Origin: Pyrinomonadaceae bacterium
GTDB taxonomy: Bacteria > Acidobacteriota > Blastocatellia > Pyrinomonadales > Pyrinomonadaceae
Assembly (NCBI GenBank): GCA_045807785.1
Contig: JBJMGS010000012.1
Location: 1,039-65,038, forward strand
Length of the DNA: 64,000 bases
Direction of reading: 5' to 3'
A program made the translations under genes and the position numbers. The notes under the pieces are model-generated. The model was not told the origin of the DNA. It did no database searches and worked only from the letters and a program-made list of their open reading frames with translations. Shown piece by piece: positions 1-11,430 of the stretch. How positions within the stretch are numbered: position 1 is the stretch's first letter; each line of letters begins with the position of its first letter.

Positions 1-1082
1 CGGTCGATCCCGGTTTCGATCCCGCGAACCTCCTAACGCTGCGCGTGACGTTGCCCGCGAGCAAGTACAAGGAAGACCCGCAGGTCGTCAACTTCTTCCA
101 TCAGGCGACGCAGCAGATGGCGAGCCTGCCCGGCGTGCGCTCCGCCTCGGTTGCCAACTACCTCCCGTTCTACACGGGGCTCGGCGCGCGCACCCGCTTC
201 TGGATCGACGGCGAGCCCACGCCGCCGCCCGGCCAGGAGCCATCGACCGACGTGCGCGTCGTGGACGACAACTATTTCCGCACGCTCAACATTCCCGTCC
301 TGGAGGGTCGCACCTTCACGGCGCAGGAGGCGACAGAGGATCGCCACACCATCGTCATCACCGAGTCGGTCGCACGGAAATATTTCCCCGGCGAGAGCCC
401 CATCGGCAAGCACATCGCCGTCGAGATGATGGAAAAGCCGCCGATGAACGAGATCGTCGGCGTCGTCGGCGACGTGCGCTACGACAAGCTCGACGGCCAA
501 ACTTTCCCGATGGTCTATTGGACTCAGCCGCAGCTCGCCTACTCAGAGATGACCTTCGTCGTCCGCACCGAGGGCGATCCGTCCGCTCTCGCCGACGCGG
601 CGCGCCGTGTGATCCAGTCGATTGATCCGGCGCAGCCCGTCGCCGACGTGAGGACGATGGAGGGCTGGATCGGCGAGTCAACTTCGCGCGCGCGTTTCGC
701 CGCGCTGCTGCTGACGGTCTTCGCCTGTCTCGCGCTCGCGCTGGCGGCGGTCGGCATCTACGGCGTGATGGCCTACACCGTGGCGCAGCGCCAGCACGAG
801 ATCGGGATACGGATGGCGCTCGGCGCGCTACAGAGAGACGTGCTGCGCATGATCCTGCGGCAGGGCATGGGAATGACGCTCGTCGGCGTCGCCCTCGGTC
901 TCGCCGGGGGACTGGCGCTGACACGCGTCATGTCGGGCTTGCTCTTCGACGTGAGCGCGACCGATCCGCTGACCTTCGCCGGAGTCGCCGTGCTGCTCTC
1001 CGCGGTCGCGCTCATCGCCTGCCTCGTCCCCGCACGCCGCGCCGCGAAGGTCGATCCGATGGTGGCGCTTCGTTATGAGTGA
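1..1082 (+). CDS. ADOP-type (MacB/FtsX-like, duplicated) ABC permease, C-terminal part; 5' end is upstream of the window
   Basis: Frame is open from the window edge (codon phase starts at nt 3: [13 protein letters not shown]...). Periplasmic domain followed by an FtsX-like TM bundle. Ends [16 protein letters not shown]-stop, like the paralogs downstream. Confidence 0.85.
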   Translation, partial: VDPGFDPANLLTLRVTLPASKYKEDPQVVNFFHQATQQMASLPGVRSASVANYLPFYTGLGARTRFWIDGEPTPPPGQEPSTDVRVVDDNYFRTLNIPVLEGRTFTAQEATEDRHTIVITESVARKYFPGESPIGKHIAVEMMEKPPMNEIVGVVGDVRYDKLDGQTFPMVYWTQPQLAYSEMTFVVRTEGDPSALADAARRVIQSIDPAQPVADVRTMEGWIGESTSRARFAALLLTVFACLALALAAVGIYGVMAYTVAQRQHEIGIRMALGALQRDVLRMILRQGMGMTLVGVALGLAGGLALTRVMSGLLFDVSATDPLTFAGVAVLLSAVALIACLVPARRAAKVDPMVALRYE

Positions 1083-1088
1083 AGACAG

Positions 1089-1192
1089 CCGTTAGCGGTT
1101 AGCTATTAGCTGTTAGCCAAACTGTTGTTCAGGCCGAACAAGCCAGTGCGACATACGCGAGCCGCAGGCTTCTGGCTAACCGCTAACAGCTC
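1089..1192. repeat. Intergenic heptad-palindrome element, junction 1/2
   Basis: Left arm is 4 heptads (cgTTAGC ggTTAGC taTTAGC tgTTAGC) at 1089-1120. Right arm is ggCTAAC cgCTAAC agc at 1173-1192. The arms are reverse complements separated by a ~52-nt loop. Confidence 0.8.
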
Positions 1193-1206
1193 TTGAGGAA
1201 TTGCTA

Positions 1207-3663
1207 ATGAGAACCATCTGGCAGGACATGCGCTACGGGCTGCGGGTGCTGTCGAGGCACCGTGGCTTCACGGCGGTCGCCGTGCTGACGCTCGCGCTCG
1301 GCATCGGCGCGAACACGGCGATCTTCAGCGCCGTCAACTCGGTGCTGCTGCGCGCGCTGCCTTACGCCGCGCCTGATCAACTCGTGTTGGCGTGGGAAGT
1401 GACGCCGAAGGGCAGGCAGACGACCGTCACGCCCGCGGACTTCCTCGACTGGCGCGCGCAAGCCGCTTCGTTCTCCGAGCTGGCGGCGACGAGCGGCGTC
1501 GATTTCACCGTCACGGACGAAGGCGAGCCGGCGCGCGTGCGCGGCGCGAGCGTCTCGACCAACTTCTTCCGGCTGCTCGGCACGAGCCCCGCGCTGGGGC
1601 GCACCTTCGATGGCGACGGCGCGACGGCGGGCGACTGGCACACGGTCGTCATCAGTCATAGTTTCTGGCAGAGCCGTTTCGGCGGCGACGCGGGCGTCGT
1701 CGGCAAGACGATAACGCTGAACGGCGCCGCCTATCAGATCGTCGGCGTCATGCCGCGCGAGTTCCGCTGGCAGAACCTCGCGCCGCTCTCGTCTGCGGGC
1801 GAGCTGGCGGAGTTGTTCGTCCCGGCGGTCAGGAAAGACATCCCGCAACTCGGCGCGCAGACGGATCGCGATCTCACGGCCAGCCGCAAGACGAGCTACA
1901 TGCGCGTCGTCGGGCGGATGAAGCCGAATGTGTCGCTCGCGCAGGCACAGTCGGAGATGGACGCCGTCGCGGCGCGGCTCGCCACGCAGTACCCGGAGAC
2001 GAACGCGGGCGCGGGCGTGCGGCTCATCCCGCTCAAGCGCTTCCTCGTCGGCGACTCGAGACCGGCGCTCTTGATGCTGCTCGCGGCGGTCGGGCTCGTG
2101 CTCCTGATCGCGTGCGCCAACGTCGCCAACCTCTTCCTCGCGCGCGCGACGACGCGGCGGAAGGAACTCGCCGTGCGCGCGGCCCTGGGCGCGGCGAGGG
2201 CGCGTCTCGTCCGCCAACTCCTGACCGAGAGTGTGCTGCTCTCGCTCGTGGCCGGAGGCGTCGGTCTGCTGTTCGCCGTGTGGGGCGTGCAGGGATTAGT
2301 TAGCTTATTGCCAAACGATCTGCCGCGCCTGAACGATGTTGCCATCGACGCGAACGTGCTGCTGTTCACGCTCGCCGTCTCCACCGTCACGGGGCTCGCC
2401 TTCGGGCTCGTCCCGGCGCTGCAAGTTTCGCGCGTCGATCTCACCGAGACGCTCAAGGAGGGCACGGGGAAGGCGACCGGCGCGCACGGGCGTTCGACCC
2501 GCGTGCTCATCGTCCTCGAAGTCGCCGTGTCGCTCGTGCTCCTCGTCGGCGCGGGGCTGCTCATCAAGAGCTTCGTCCTGCTCCAACAGGTCAAGCCCGG
2601 TTTCGACCCGAGCAAACTGCTCGCGCTCAACATCTCTCTGCCGCCGACGAAGTACGCCACGCCGAAAGAGAAGAGTCGCTTCTTCGAGCAGCTACTCGAA
2701 CGCATCAGAGCCGTGCCCGGCGTCAAGGATGCAGGCGCGGCGCTGAATCTTCCGTTTCCCGGCGACGACATTCTCTTTCCCCTCCGCGTCGAAGGCGAGC
2801 CCGAACCCGCACCCGGCGAAGTGAGTTCGATCAACTATCAGGTCGTCTCGCCCGACTACTTCCGCGCGATGCAGATTCCCCTGCTCGCCGGTCGCGACAT
2901 CAGCGACGCCGACCGCGCGGACGCGTCCGGAGTCGTCGTGTTGAACGAGGCGGCCGTCAAGCGTTATTTCGCGGGCGCAGACCCGCTCGGCAAGCGGATC
3001 AGATTGGGGTCGGACGACTCACCTCTGCTAACGGTCGTCGGCGTCGTGAACGACATCCGACAGCGCACGCTCGACGCGCCACCGAAGCCGGAGGCTTACG
3101 TCTCTTACCAGCAATCGCCCTTCGGCTTCATGGGCGTCGCCGTGCGCACCGAGGGCGATCCGGCGACCCTGACGGGTACGGTGCGCGGCGCGGTCGCGAA
3201 TCTGGACGCGCAAATCGTCTCGACCAACGTCCACACGATGAATGAGCTGATGTCCGAGTCGCTGGCGCGGCAGCGTTCCGTCTCGGTGCTGACCGGCGCG
3301 TTCGGCCTCGTTGCGCTCTTGCTCGCCTCGGTCGGCATCTACGGCGTCATCTCCTACATGGTGACGCAGCGGACGCGCGAGATCGGTATCCGCATCGCGC
3401 TCGGCGCGCGCGCGGGCGACGTGCTGCGCATGATCGTCGGCTACGGCATGGGGCTCACGCTGGTCGGCGTCGCGGCGGGGCTTGCCGCCTCGTTCGCGCT
3501 GACGCGGGCGATGTCGGGCCTGCTCTACGAAGTGAGTGCCTCCGATCCGCTGATCTACGTCGCGGTGGCGCTGCTGCTCTCGGCGGTCGCGCTCGTCGCG
3601 TGCCTTGTCCCGGCTCGCCGCGCGATGAGAGTCGATCCGATGGTGGCACTCCGGTACGAATGA
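1207..3663 (+). CDS. ADOP-type duplicated orphan ABC permease (MacB/FtsX-like)
   Basis: ATG at 1207 gives MRTIWQDMRYG, matching the paralog N-termini, with GAGGAA 6 nt upstream. [12 protein letters not shown]1 motif, two periplasmic domains each followed by FtsX-like TMs. Ends [10 protein letters not shown]-stop. Confidence 0.9.
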   Translation: MRTIWQDMRYGLRVLSRHRGFTAVAVLTLALGIGANTAIFSAVNSVLLRALPYAAPDQLVLAWEVTPKGRQTTVTPADFLDWRAQAASFSELAATSGVDFTVTDEGEPARVRGASVSTNFFRLLGTSPALGRTFDGDGATAGDWHTVVISHSFWQSRFGGDAGVVGKTITLNGAAYQIVGVMPREFRWQNLAPLSSAGELAELFVPAVRKDIPQLGAQTDRDLTASRKTSYMRVVGRMKPNVSLAQAQSEMDAVAARLATQYPETNAGAGVRLIPLKRFLVGDSRPALLMLLAAVGLVLLIACANVANLFLARATTRRKELAVRAALGAARARLVRQLLTESVLLSLVAGGVGLLFAVWGVQGLVSLLPNDLPRLNDVAIDANVLLFTLAVSTVTGLAFGLVPALQVSRVDLTETLKEGTGKATGAHGRSTRVLIVLEVAVSLVLLVGAGLLIKSFVLLQQVKPGFDPSKLLALNISLPPTKYATPKEKSRFFEQLLERIRAVPGVKDAGAALNLPFPGDDILFPLRVEGEPEPAPGEVSSINYQVVSPDYFRAMQIPLLAGRDISDADRADASGVVVLNEAAVKRYFAGADPLGKRIRLGSDDSPLLTVVGVVNDIRQRTLDAPPKPEAYVSYQQSPFGFMGVAVRTEGDPATLTGTVRGAVANLDAQIVSTNVHTMNELMSESLARQRSVSVLTGAFGLVALLLASVGIYGVISYMVTQRTREIGIRIALGARAGDVLRMIVGYGMGLTLVGVAAGLAASFALTRAMSGLLYEVSASDPLIYVAVALLLSAVALVACLVPARRAMRVDPMVALRYE

Positions 3664-3667
3664 GGGG

Positions 3668-3794
3668 AGCTGTTAGCTGTTAGCGATTAGCTATGAGCCG
3701 TTAGCCAATCGAGGATGGCAGCAGCGAATCGTGATTCAGGAGGGAATAGAGAGCAAAGATTTTGCTAACAGCTAACAGCTATTAGCCAATCGCT
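3668..3794. repeat. Intergenic heptad-palindrome element, junction 2/3
   Basis: agctGTTAGCtGTTAGCgaTTAGCtatgagccGTTAGCcaa at 3668-3708. GCTAACaGCTAACagctattagccaatcgct at 3764-3794. Confidence 0.85.
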
Positions 3795-3810
3795 CTTGAG
3801 GGTTTTAACC

Positions 3811-6264
3811 ATGAGCACGCTCTTACAGGATTTGAGGTTCGGCGCGCGGATGCTGATGAAGAACCCGGGCTTCGCGCTGGTGGCCGTCACAACTTTGGCG
3901 CTCGGCATCGGGGCGAACACGGCGATCTTCTCGGTCGTCCACGCGGTCTTGCTGAAGCCCCTGCCGTTTACGTCTTCGGAGCGACTGGTCGCGCTGGGGC
4001 AGACAGAGCCGCGCAACCGCACTGCCCTGTCAAACTTCTCCTTCCGCAACTTCGCAGACCTGAGAGAGCAGAACAGATCGTTCGAGCGCCTCGCCGCCTA
4101 CTACGACAAGAACGTGACGCTCACGGGCCAGGGCGAGTCCGCGCTTCTACGCTCGACCGTCATCACGTCCGATCTGTTTCCGCTGCTCGGGGCAGCGCCG
4201 GCGCTGGGTCGCGCTTTTCTCCCTGAAGAAGACAAGGCGGGGGGCGGCGGCGTGGGGCGTCCCGCCATGCTGAGCTGGGACTGCTGGCGGCAGCGCTTTG
4301 GCGGCGACACGGGCGTGGTCGGACGCGCCGTGACGCTCGACGGCGAGAGCTACACGGTCGTCGGCGTCATGCCGGCGCAGTTCGCTTTCCCCGTCGAAGC
4401 GCAGCCGACGGAAGTGTGGCTCTCGACCGCGCTCGACTCTGAAAAAACGGGCGACGGCTCGATCATGATCGCCCGCGGCTACCGTGCGTGGAGAGTGATC
4501 GGGCGACTCAAGCCCGGCGTCACATTAGAGCAGGCGCAGGCGGAAGCCGAAGTGATCGGATCGAGCCTCGCGTCGCAATACCCCGATGTGAATGAGGAGA
4601 TGGGCATCCGCGCCATGCCGCTGCTCGAATCTCTGGTCGGGAGCCTGCGCCTCATCCTGCTGCTGCTCTTCGTGACGGTCGGCGTCGTCCTTCTGATCGC
4701 GTGCGTCAACGTGGCGAACCTGCTGCTCGAACGCGCCGTCAGCCGTCAGCGCGAGATCAACATCCGCCTGGCGCTCGGCGCGAGCCGCTGGCGCATCACG
4801 CGGCAGCTCGTGACCGAGAGCTTGCTGCTCGCGCTGGCGGGCGGGGTTGCCGGGACGATACTGGCGATGTGGGGCACGGACCTGATCATCTCTCTGAGCC
4901 CACAAGGTATCGCCCGCATCACGGAGACGCGCCTCGACGCGGGCGTGCTCGCCTTCACGGCTGCGGTCTCGGTTCTGACCGGCGTGCTCTTCGGTCTCGC
5001 GCCTGCGTTCACGGTCGCGGGGACGAGTCTGTCGGAGGCACTGAAGGATGGCGGACGAAGCTCTTCGGGGGGACTGTTGTCGGGCAGCGCGCGGGGACTG
5101 CTCGTCGTCGCACAGGTCTCGATGGCGCTCGTGCTTTTGGTCGGGGCGGGGCTCTTGATTAAGAGCCTCGTGCGCCTGCAAAAAGTCGAGCTGGGGTTTG
5201 ACCCGCGAAACATCCTGACCCTGAAGGTTGCGAAAACGTCTGACCCTTCAAGAAACACGCAACAGCTCAGCGCCTTCTACCAGCAGGTTACGGAACGAGT
5301 CAGAACGCTGCCGGGCGTGGTCGCGGCAAGCGTCGTCTTCCAACCGCCCTTAAGCGGCGAGGCAGCCACCACCGGGCTGGCGGTAGAGGGGGACGCAGAA
5401 GGGTCGGGCGACCGCCTTTCCGTCGTCATCCACACGGTCGGGACGGATTACTTCCGCACGATGGGCATCCCCGTCATGAGGGGGCGCGAGTTCGGCGCGC
5501 ACGACGACCTGAACTCGACGCCCGCGATCATCATCAACGAGACGCTGGCGCGCAGGGTCTTCCCCGGCGAAGACCCGATCGGAAAACGCATCCGGCCCTC
5601 TTGGTCACCGACCGGTCAGTACGTTATGCGCGAGATCGTCGGCGTCGTGGGCGACGTGCGGCACCGCGGGTTGCAGGCGGACGTGCAGCCCGAAATCTTC
5701 TTCGCGCAGGCGCAGGTGCCCATGCCCACGATGACGGTCGTCGCTCGCACCACAGGGGACGCGCGCGCCATCGCCGACGCGGCGCGCAGGGAGATTCAGT
5801 CGCTCGACAAAGACGCCCCCGTCTATCGCGTCCTGACCGTCGAGGAACTCCTCTCGCGCTCGCTCGCCTCCTCGCGCTTCAACATGACGCTGCTCGCAGC
5901 CTTCGCGGGCGTGGCGCTGCTGCTGACGGCGGTGGGGCTCTACGGCGTGGTCTCGTTCACGGTGAGCCAGTCCACGCATGAGATCGGGATACGGATGGCA
6001 CTGGGCGCGCAGACCTCCGACGTGCTGAAGCTGGTTCTGGGGCAGGGAATGGCGCTGGCAGCTGTGGGGGTCATCGTCGGCTTGGGGGCTTCATACGGGT
6101 TGACGCGGCTGATGTCGGGTCTGCTCTTCGGCGTCGGCGCGACCGACCGCGTGACCTTCGGCGCGGTCACGGTGCTGCTCCTGGCAGTGGCAGCGCTGGC
6201 CTGCTACATCCCGGCGCGGCGCGCAACGAAGGTGGACCCGATGGAGGCGCTGAGGTACGAGTGA
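3811..6264 (+). CDS. ADOP-type duplicated orphan ABC permease
   Basis: ATG at 3811 ([11 protein letters not shown]) with GAGGG 8 nt upstream. Same architecture as the paralogs. Ends [11 protein letters not shown]-stop. Confidence 0.9.
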   Translation: MSTLLQDLRFGARMLMKNPGFALVAVTTLALGIGANTAIFSVVHAVLLKPLPFTSSERLVALGQTEPRNRTALSNFSFRNFADLREQNRSFERLAAYYDKNVTLTGQGESALLRSTVITSDLFPLLGAAPALGRAFLPEEDKAGGGGVGRPAMLSWDCWRQRFGGDTGVVGRAVTLDGESYTVVGVMPAQFAFPVEAQPTEVWLSTALDSEKTGDGSIMIARGYRAWRVIGRLKPGVTLEQAQAEAEVIGSSLASQYPDVNEEMGIRAMPLLESLVGSLRLILLLLFVTVGVVLLIACVNVANLLLERAVSRQREINIRLALGASRWRITRQLVTESLLLALAGGVAGTILAMWGTDLIISLSPQGIARITETRLDAGVLAFTAAVSVLTGVLFGLAPAFTVAGTSLSEALKDGGRSSSGGLLSGSARGLLVVAQVSMALVLLVGAGLLIKSLVRLQKVELGFDPRNILTLKVAKTSDPSRNTQQLSAFYQQVTERVRTLPGVVAASVVFQPPLSGEAATTGLAVEGDAEGSGDRLSVVIHTVGTDYFRTMGIPVMRGREFGAHDDLNSTPAIIINETLARRVFPGEDPIGKRIRPSWSPTGQYVMREIVGVVGDVRHRGLQADVQPEIFFAQAQVPMPTMTVVARTTGDARAIADAARREIQSLDKDAPVYRVLTVEELLSRSLASSRFNMTLLAAFAGVALLLTAVGLYGVVSFTVSQSTHEIGIRMALGAQTSDVLKLVLGQGMALAAVGVIVGLGASYGLTRLMSGLLFGVGATDRVTFGAVTVLLLAVAALACYIPARRATKVDPMEALRYE

Positions 6265-6268
6265 AGGG

Positions 6269-6401
6269 AGCTGTTAGCGATTAGCTGTTAGCTCTCAGCC
6301 AGACGATTGAACGCCGGTGCATGTTGAACAGCTTTACTAACAAGGGCATCAATTGATGGCTTGGCTAACAGCTAACAGCTAACAGCTAATCGCTAACAGC
6401 T
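6269..6401. repeat. Intergenic heptad-palindrome element, junction 3/4
   Basis: agctGTTAGCgaTTAGCtGTTAGCtctcagcc at 6269-6300. ggCTAACagCTAACagCTAACagCTAATcgCTAACagcta at 6363-6401. Confidence 0.85.
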
Positions 6402-6415
6402 ATCGAGGTGACGTG

Positions 6416-8842
6416 ATGGGCACACTCTTTCAAGACGTTCGTTATGGGCTGCGGGGCCTGCGCCACAACTTGGCGTTCACGCTTGTCGCGGTCTGTTCGC
6501 TGGCGCTCGGGATCGGGGCGAACACGGCGATCTTCAGTCTCGTCAACGCCGTGCTCTTGCAGCCGCCGCCGTTTCGCGATCCCTCACGCCTCGTGATGCT
6601 CTGGGAAGATCAACCCGCGATCGGCGTCACGCGGGATCAGGTGCAGCCCGCGACCTATGCCGAATGGAAGTCGCAGAATCAGGTCTTCGAAGACATGGCG
6701 GCGCTACGCTGGCAGACCTTCAACATCACCGGCGACGGCGAGCCGGAGAAGGTGCAGTCTTACGGCGTGACGAGGAACTTCCTGCCGCTGCTCGGCGCAG
6801 AGCCCGCGCTCGGTCGAAACTTTCTGCCCGAAGAAGACCAGCCCGGGGGCGCGAAAGTCGTCATCCTCAGCCACGGCTTGTGGCAGCGCCGCTACGGCAG
6901 AGATCAGAACATCGTCGGCAGAGAGATTCTCTTGAACGGCGAGAAGCGCACCGTCGTCGGCGTGATGCCCGCCGGCTTCCAGTTCTTGCAAAGCACGACG
7001 GGGCTCTGGACGCCCGCCGCCTTTACGCCCGACGAACTTGCCACACGTGACAGCAATACGCTGCTCGTCGTCGGTCGGCTTAAACCCGGCGTGACGCGGC
7101 AGCAGGCGCAGGCCGACATGGGCGCGATCACCGAACGCCTCGCGCACGACTACCCCGAAGACCTCGCGGGCATTCAAGCGAACGTCCTGCCGTTGGGCGA
7201 GCAACTGTCGGGCGCAGTCCGGCAGCCCCTGCTGATCCTGCTCGCGGCGGTCGGCTTCGTCCTCCTCATCGCGTGTGCGAACGTGGCGAACCTGCTTTTG
7301 GCGCGCGCCGCCTCGCGCCGCAAAGAGATTGCCGTGCGCGTGGCGCTCGGTGCAAGTCGTTGGCGCATCGTGCGGCAACTTTTGACCGAGAGCGTGCTGC
7401 TCTCTCTGCTCGGCGGGGCGCTCGGCCTCTTGCTCGCCGCGTGGGGCTTCGAGTTCATGAAGAAGCTCATCCCCGACGGGCTCGTGCTCTCGGCGAGCCT
7501 GCGCCTCAGCCTGCCCGTGCTCGGCTACGCAGCGCTCATCTCGCTCGCGACGGGCGTTGTCTTCGGGCTCGCCCCGGCGTGGCAGGCGTCGCGCGCTGAT
7601 CTCAACGACGCGCTCAAGCAGGGCGGCGGTCGCGGCGGCTCGGCGGCGGGCGGGCGTCTGCGCGGCGCACTCGTCGTGCTGGAAGTCGCGCTCGCACTGG
7701 TGCTGCTCGTCGGCGCGGGGCTGCTCGTGCAGACCGTCTCGCACATGCGCGGGCAGTACGCGAGTCTGAAACCGCAGCAGTTGCTGACGGTGCGCACGGT
7801 GTTGCCCGATTACAAGTACGGCTCGCTTCCCAAACGCGCGCAGTTTTACGACGAGGTGTTAGAGCGCGTGCGACAACTGCCCGGCGTCGTTGCGGTCGGC
7901 TACACGACCTCCGTGCCTCTGCAGTGGCAGGGCGGCGCGAACGGATTCATGATCGAGGGCACGCAGCTTCCGCCCGGCACGGCGGCGAACGCCATCCACC
8001 GACAAGTGAGCGCGAACTATTTGCAGACCGTCGGCCTCGCGCTGCGCGAGGGTCGCTACCTCGACGAGCACGACGGCGCACAGTCGCAGTTCGTCGTCGT
8101 CGTCAACGAGAAGATGGCGCGGCAGTACTGGCCGGGCGAGAGCGCCGTCGGCAAGCGGATCAGCTTCGGCATGGGAAAGGGGACGCCTCCGTGGCGCACC
8201 ATCGTCGGCGTCGTGGCCGACGTGCGCGACATGGGGATGGACGCGCCGGTCAAGGCGGAGATGTATCTGCCTTACAGTCAGGTGGCGGGGTTCAACGGCT
8301 TCAAGCCGCGCGATCTCGTCGTCCGCACGGAGGGCGATCCGCTGAGCCTCGCCGCCGCCGTGCGTCGCGAAGTCCACGCCGTCGATCCGGACGAGCCCGT
8401 CTCGAACGTCGCCACGATGGCGGAGCAGTTGAGCGACGAGACCGGCACGCGCGGCATCGGCATGGTCTTGCTCGCGTCGTTCGCTGGCCTTGCGCTGCTG
8501 CTCGCCACGATCGGGATTTACGGGGTGCTCGCCTATTTCGTCACGCAGCACGTGCCGGAGATCGGTGTGCGGCTCGCCCTCGGCGCGCAGCCGCGCGACA
8601 TCCTCGCGCTCGTCTTAAAGCAGGGGATGGCGCTCGCGCTCGGCGGCGTCGCGGTCGGCCTGGCGGCGTCCTTCGCGCTGACGCGGCTGATGTCCGGCTT
8701 GCTCTTCGGCGTCTCGGCGACCGACCCGAAAACTTTCGCGCTCATCTCCCTGTTCATCGCGGCGGTCGCCCTCGTCGCCTGCTACATCCCCGCGCGCCGC
8801 GCGATGAGAGTCGATCCGATGATCGCGTTGAGGTACGAGTGA
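6416..8842 (+). CDS. ADOP-type duplicated orphan ABC permease
   Basis: ATG at 6416 gives MGTLFQDVRYG (a GTG at 6413 is also possible), with GAGG upstream. Ends [11 protein letters not shown]-stop. Confidence 0.9.
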   Translation: MGTLFQDVRYGLRGLRHNLAFTLVAVCSLALGIGANTAIFSLVNAVLLQPPPFRDPSRLVMLWEDQPAIGVTRDQVQPATYAEWKSQNQVFEDMAALRWQTFNITGDGEPEKVQSYGVTRNFLPLLGAEPALGRNFLPEEDQPGGAKVVILSHGLWQRRYGRDQNIVGREILLNGEKRTVVGVMPAGFQFLQSTTGLWTPAAFTPDELATRDSNTLLVVGRLKPGVTRQQAQADMGAITERLAHDYPEDLAGIQANVLPLGEQLSGAVRQPLLILLAAVGFVLLIACANVANLLLARAASRRKEIAVRVALGASRWRIVRQLLTESVLLSLLGGALGLLLAAWGFEFMKKLIPDGLVLSASLRLSLPVLGYAALISLATGVVFGLAPAWQASRADLNDALKQGGGRGGSAAGGRLRGALVVLEVALALVLLVGAGLLVQTVSHMRGQYASLKPQQLLTVRTVLPDYKYGSLPKRAQFYDEVLERVRQLPGVVAVGYTTSVPLQWQGGANGFMIEGTQLPPGTAANAIHRQVSANYLQTVGLALREGRYLDEHDGAQSQFVVVVNEKMARQYWPGESAVGKRISFGMGKGTPPWRTIVGVVADVRDMGMDAPVKAEMYLPYSQVAGFNGFKPRDLVVRTEGDPLSLAAAVRREVHAVDPDEPVSNVATMAEQLSDETGTRGIGMVLLASFAGLALLLATIGIYGVLAYFVTQHVPEIGVRLALGAQPRDILALVLKQGMALALGGVAVGLAASFALTRLMSGLLFGVSATDPKTFALISLFIAAVALVACYIPARRAMRVDPMIALRYE

Positions 8843-8846
8843 AGGG

Positions 8847-8972
8847 AGCTGTTAGCCATTAGCTATTAGCTTTTAGCCAAAGCGAAAACAGAGCAGGTAA
8901 CTGAACTAGTGCGAAAGCCAAGCGCTTCTGACTTCCGGCTAAAAGCTAACAGCTAACAGCTAATCGCTAACA
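8847..8972. repeat. Intergenic heptad-palindrome element, junction 4/5
   Basis: agctGTTAGCcaTTAGCtaTTAGCttTTAGCcaa at 8847-8880. ggCTAAAagCTAACagCTAACagCTAATcgCTAACa at 8937-8972. Confidence 0.85.
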
Positions 8973-8987
8973 CTTTGGGGTAAACGA

Positions 8988-11426
8988 ATGAGCAACCTGT
9001 GGCAAGACCTGCGGTACGGTTTCCGGCGGCTGTTGAAGAGTCCGGGCTTCACGCTCGTCGCGGTCGTCTCGCTGGCGCTCGGCATCGGCGCGAACACGGC
9101 GATCTTCAGTCTCGTCGATACGGTGCTGCTGCGCCCGCTCCCCGTCAAAGACCCGCAGCAGATCGTCGAAGTTTACGGCACGCTGCACAAGGGCGCGGAC
9201 TACACGATCCAGTCGTACCCCAACTACAAGGACTACCGCGACCGCAACAAAGTCTTCACGGGACTACTCGCCTACCGCTTCGCGCCGATGAGTTTGAGCA
9301 CCGGCGGCGCGAACGAGCGCGTCTGGGGCTACACCGTGTCGGGCAACTACTTCGACGTGCTCGGCGTGCCGCCCGCGCTCGGTCGCGGCTTCCTGCCCGA
9401 AGAAGATCAGACGCCGGGCGCTCGCCCCGTCGTCGTCATCAGCCACGCCTGCTGGCAGTCGCGCTTCGGCGGCGACGCGTCAATCGTCGGACGCCAGATC
9501 AGGCTCAACAACCAGCCGTTCACGGTCGTCGGCGTCGCGCCCAAAGGCTTCATCGGGACTGAGATCGCCTACGCGCCCGAAGTCTTCGCGCCGATGATGA
9601 TGGCGAAGCAGATCGAGCCGGGAAGCGACTGGATCGACTCGCGCACGGACGACAATCTCTTCGTCGTCGGTCGGCTCAAACCGGGCGTATCGAGGCAGCA
9701 GGCCGAGGCGTCGCTCGTCGGACTGACGCGCCAGATCGCCGAGGAGCACCCGCAGGAGAACGAGGGGCGCGGCGTCAAACTGCTCTCGCCCGGCCTCTTC
9801 ATCCCGGACATCCGCGACGCGGTCGTCACCTTCAGCAGCGTGCTGATGGGCGTCGTCGGGCTGGTGCTGCTGCTGGCGTGCGTCAACCTCGCGAACCTGC
9901 TGCTCGCGCGCGCCACCGAACGGCGCAAGGAGATCGCCATCCGCCTCGCGCTCGGCGCTTCACGCGTCCGCCTCGTGCGCCAACTCCTCACCGAGTCGGT
10001 CGTGCTCTCGCTCGCGGGCGGCGCGCTCGGGCTGCTGCTCGCCACCTGGCTCAACGCGCTGGTCAGTGCGATCAAGCTCCCGACCGACATCGCGCTCTTC
10101 TTCGATCTGCACCTTGACTGGCGCGTGCTCGTCTTCACGCTCGCCGTCTCGCTCGTGACGGGCGTCGTCTTCAGTTTGCTGCCCGCGCTCCAGTCGTCGA
10201 AACCGGACATGATCCCGGCGCTCAAGGACGACTCGGCGATGGGCGGCTTCCGCCGCTCGCGTCTGCGTAACGCGCTGGTTGTGGCGCAGGTCGCGCTCTC
10301 GCTCGTGCTCCTGGTCTGCGCCGGGCTCATTGTGCGCGGCCTGCAGGCGGCGCAGGCGATGCGCCCCGGCTTCAACCCACAGAACGCCGTCGCGCTCTCG
10401 TTCGACCTCGGCCTGCAAGGCTACGACGAGCCGCGCGGGCGTGCCTTCCAGCGCGATGTCGTCGAGCGGGCGAAGCAGCTTCCCGGCGTGCGCTCGGTGA
10501 CGACGACGGACGGTCTGCCGCTCGCCATCAACTACAACTCGACGACGATCTACGTCGAGGGTCAGCCCGAGGCTTCGAGCAACGACCTGCCGCTCGTCGT
10601 GCCCTTCTACGTCGGGCTCGACTACTTCAAGACGTTGGACATCCCGCTGCGCGGGCGCGACTTCACCATTCATGACGACCAGAAGGAGTCGCGCGTCGCC
10701 ATCATTAACGAGACCTTCGCACGCAAGTTCTGGCCCGGCCAGGAGGCCATCGGCAAGCGTTTCAACTACAACGGCCCGAACGATCCGTACTGGGAAGTGA
10801 TCGGGGTGGTGGCGGACGGCAAGTACAACTCGCTCGGTGAAGAGCAGAAGCCCGCCCTCTATCGCTCGATGCTGCGCAACTACAACTCGACCGTCGTGCT
10901 CGTCGCGCGCGTCGAAGGCGATCCGCAGGGAGCGGTCGCGCGCCTGCGCGGCGTGGTGCAGTCGCTCGACCCCTCGATGCCCGTCTATGACACGAAGACT
11001 CTGACGCAGCACATGCAAATCCCGCTCTTCCCGGCGCGCATGGCGGCCATCGTGCTGGGCAGCTTCGGCGTGCTCGCGCTCGTCCTCGCAGGGATCGGCA
11101 TCTACGGCGTGATGAGTTACGTCGTCGCCGGGCGCACGCGCGAGATCGGCTTGCGCATGGCGCTCGGGGCCGACCGGCGCAGCGTCCTGCGCCTCATCGT
11201 CGGGCAGGGCATGACGCTCGCCGCCATCGGGCTCGGCGTCGGTCTGCTCATCGCCTTCGCCTTCGCGCGCTTGCTGACGAGTCAGCTCTACGGCGTCAGC
11301 CCCGCCGATCCCGTGACGTTCGTCGGTGTCGGGCTGCTGCTCGCCGCGGTCGCCTTCCTCGCCTGCTACGTGCCGGCGCGGCGCGCGACGCGAGTCGATC
11401 CGATGATCGCGCTCAGGTACGAATGA
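8988..11426 (+). CDS. ADOP-type duplicated orphan ABC permease
   Basis: [11 protein letters not shown] start. Same architecture as the paralogs. Ends [11 protein letters not shown]-stop. Confidence 0.9.
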   Translation: MSNLWQDLRYGFRRLLKSPGFTLVAVVSLALGIGANTAIFSLVDTVLLRPLPVKDPQQIVEVYGTLHKGADYTIQSYPNYKDYRDRNKVFTGLLAYRFAPMSLSTGGANERVWGYTVSGNYFDVLGVPPALGRGFLPEEDQTPGARPVVVISHACWQSRFGGDASIVGRQIRLNNQPFTVVGVAPKGFIGTEIAYAPEVFAPMMMAKQIEPGSDWIDSRTDDNLFVVGRLKPGVSRQQAEASLVGLTRQIAEEHPQENEGRGVKLLSPGLFIPDIRDAVVTFSSVLMGVVGLVLLLACVNLANLLLARATERRKEIAIRLALGASRVRLVRQLLTESVVLSLAGGALGLLLATWLNALVSAIKLPTDIALFFDLHLDWRVLVFTLAVSLVTGVVFSLLPALQSSKPDMIPALKDDSAMGGFRRSRLRNALVVAQVALSLVLLVCAGLIVRGLQAAQAMRPGFNPQNAVALSFDLGLQGYDEPRGRAFQRDVVERAKQLPGVRSVTTTDGLPLAINYNSTTIYVEGQPEASSNDLPLVVPFYVGLDYFKTLDIPLRGRDFTIHDDQKESRVAIINETFARKFWPGQEAIGKRFNYNGPNDPYWEVIGVVADGKYNSLGEEQKPALYRSMLRNYNSTVVLVARVEGDPQGAVARLRGVVQSLDPSMPVYDTKTLTQHMQIPLFPARMAAIVLGSFGVLALVLAGIGIYGVMSYVVAGRTREIGLRMALGADRRSVLRLIVGQGMTLAAIGLGVGLLIAFAFARLLTSQLYGVSPADPVTFVGVGLLLAAVAFLACYVPARRATRVDPMIALRYE

Positions 11427-11430
11427 AAAG